Source: Flavobacteriales bacterium (GTDB lineage Bacteria > Bacteroidota > Bacteroidia > Flavobacteriales_C > GCA-002722245). Taken from it: a stretch of DNA of 64,000 nt. This document shows, piece by piece, positions 63,429 through 64,000 of this stretch. The notes under the pieces were generated by a model. That model did no database searches. It saw only the letters and a program-made list of their open reading frames with translations, and was not told the DNA's origin. Each line of letters starts with the position of its first letter. The stretch's first letter is position 1. The stretch is taken from assembly GCA_947444925.1 (NCBI GenBank), contig CANFBW010000002.1, positions 64,396 to 128,395 of the forward strand, in the 5' to 3' direction. Position numbers and translations under genes: made by a program.

Positions 63429-63604
63429 ATGATTGTCCGCAATCGTAACCGTTGTGTGCCGAAATTGGCGATAGATACTTCAAAGACCGAAACTTCGTTT
63501 CTCCTCTTAGGCTCAAATCTCAGGAAGACAAATGTAACCGATTACCAACAAAAGTTTTTTGACAATGGTTGTCTTCCTGAGGTACTCCGAAGGATCTATC
63601 GCCC
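63429..63604 (+). ncRNA. Unclassified structured intergenic element, copy 2
   Basis: Shares with 30342-30517: 5' box atgattRtccgcaatYgtaMc, ggcgatagat, aaagaccgaaacttYgtttctcctctta, ctcaaatctcaggaagaca, 39-nt variable loop, tgtcYtcctgaggtactccgaaggatctatcgccc. Confidence 0.4.
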
Positions 63605-63942
63605 CTCCGCCTCACCTAGCGTTCTTTTCGCTAAGTGATGTTTCCACTCTCAAAGCCTGAGGCTTATTTTCTGTTGACTAGATGAGGCTTCGCCCATAAG
63701 TGTTCGAAACCTTAATTAGTGAAAATTGGCTTAGCGAAGAGAACGTGAAGCCAAGTGTGTACTGCGGCGCTTATTCTGATGCTATAGATGGTGCAGTGCT
63801 GCGTAAGTTACACTTGCACAATAAATGCTTTTTGGAATTGCATTGTTCAAATATTTGCCTATCTTAGAAACAGAGACGCCAGTCTCCAGGGAATTTTCTT
63901 TACTCTTCTTAGTGTTTTTTTTATTTATTTAAACTAATGACT

Positions 63943-64000
63943 ATGAAGACGAATGCCTTTATTAAATTGACTTTTGCTGTGCTTTTGTGTAGTGCTTTTT
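63943..64000 (+). CDS. 5' end of a secreted-protein gene (signal peptide), truncated by window end
   Basis: MKTNAFIKLTFAVLLCSAF. Confidence 0.3.
   Translation, partial: MKTNAFIKLTFAVLLCSAF

Overview
Chromosomal segment from a Bacteroidetes-type genome. The phylum call is inferred from three observations: T9SS C-terminal sorting domains (a PNxxTPNGDGxND type-B CTD, a YPNP type-A CTD), a TAnnTTTG -7 promoter motif upstream of the primary sigma factor, and an exbB-exbD-exbD-tonB-pstS-like-TPR cluster. Housekeeping genes cover most of the window: rpsF-rpsR-rplI, purE-purK, purL, adk, obg, dnaX, dusB, sigA, aconitase, asparaginase, tatD and tRNA-Ser(GGA). Accessory content comprises: (i) a 1,521-aa T9SS-secreted protein built from ~240-bp near-identical tandem repeats; (ii) a two-component system plus heptosyltransferase; (iii) a tightly packed minus-strand metal-homeostasis operon (17.5-24.2 kb) with three COG0523 G3E GTPase paralogs, a WD40 propeller, a ZIP permease, a minimal CDF carrying a novel N-terminal domain, and a standalone copy of that domain; (iv) an adjacent TonB-dependent receptor-lipoprotein-OMP operon divergent from a Fur-family (Zur-like) regulator; (v) a polysaccharide-modification locus with a T9SS GH5 endoglucanase, FkbM methyltransferase, deacetylases and a glycosyltransferase; (vi) two copies of a conserved ~175-nt structured intergenic element (one with perfect 21-bp terminal inverted repeats) that I cannot assign to a known RNA family; (vii) a dnaX gene interrupted at an A10 homopolymer so that tau-length product needs a -1 shift. 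All product calls rest on recognisable motifs in the supplied translations, since I have no search tools.
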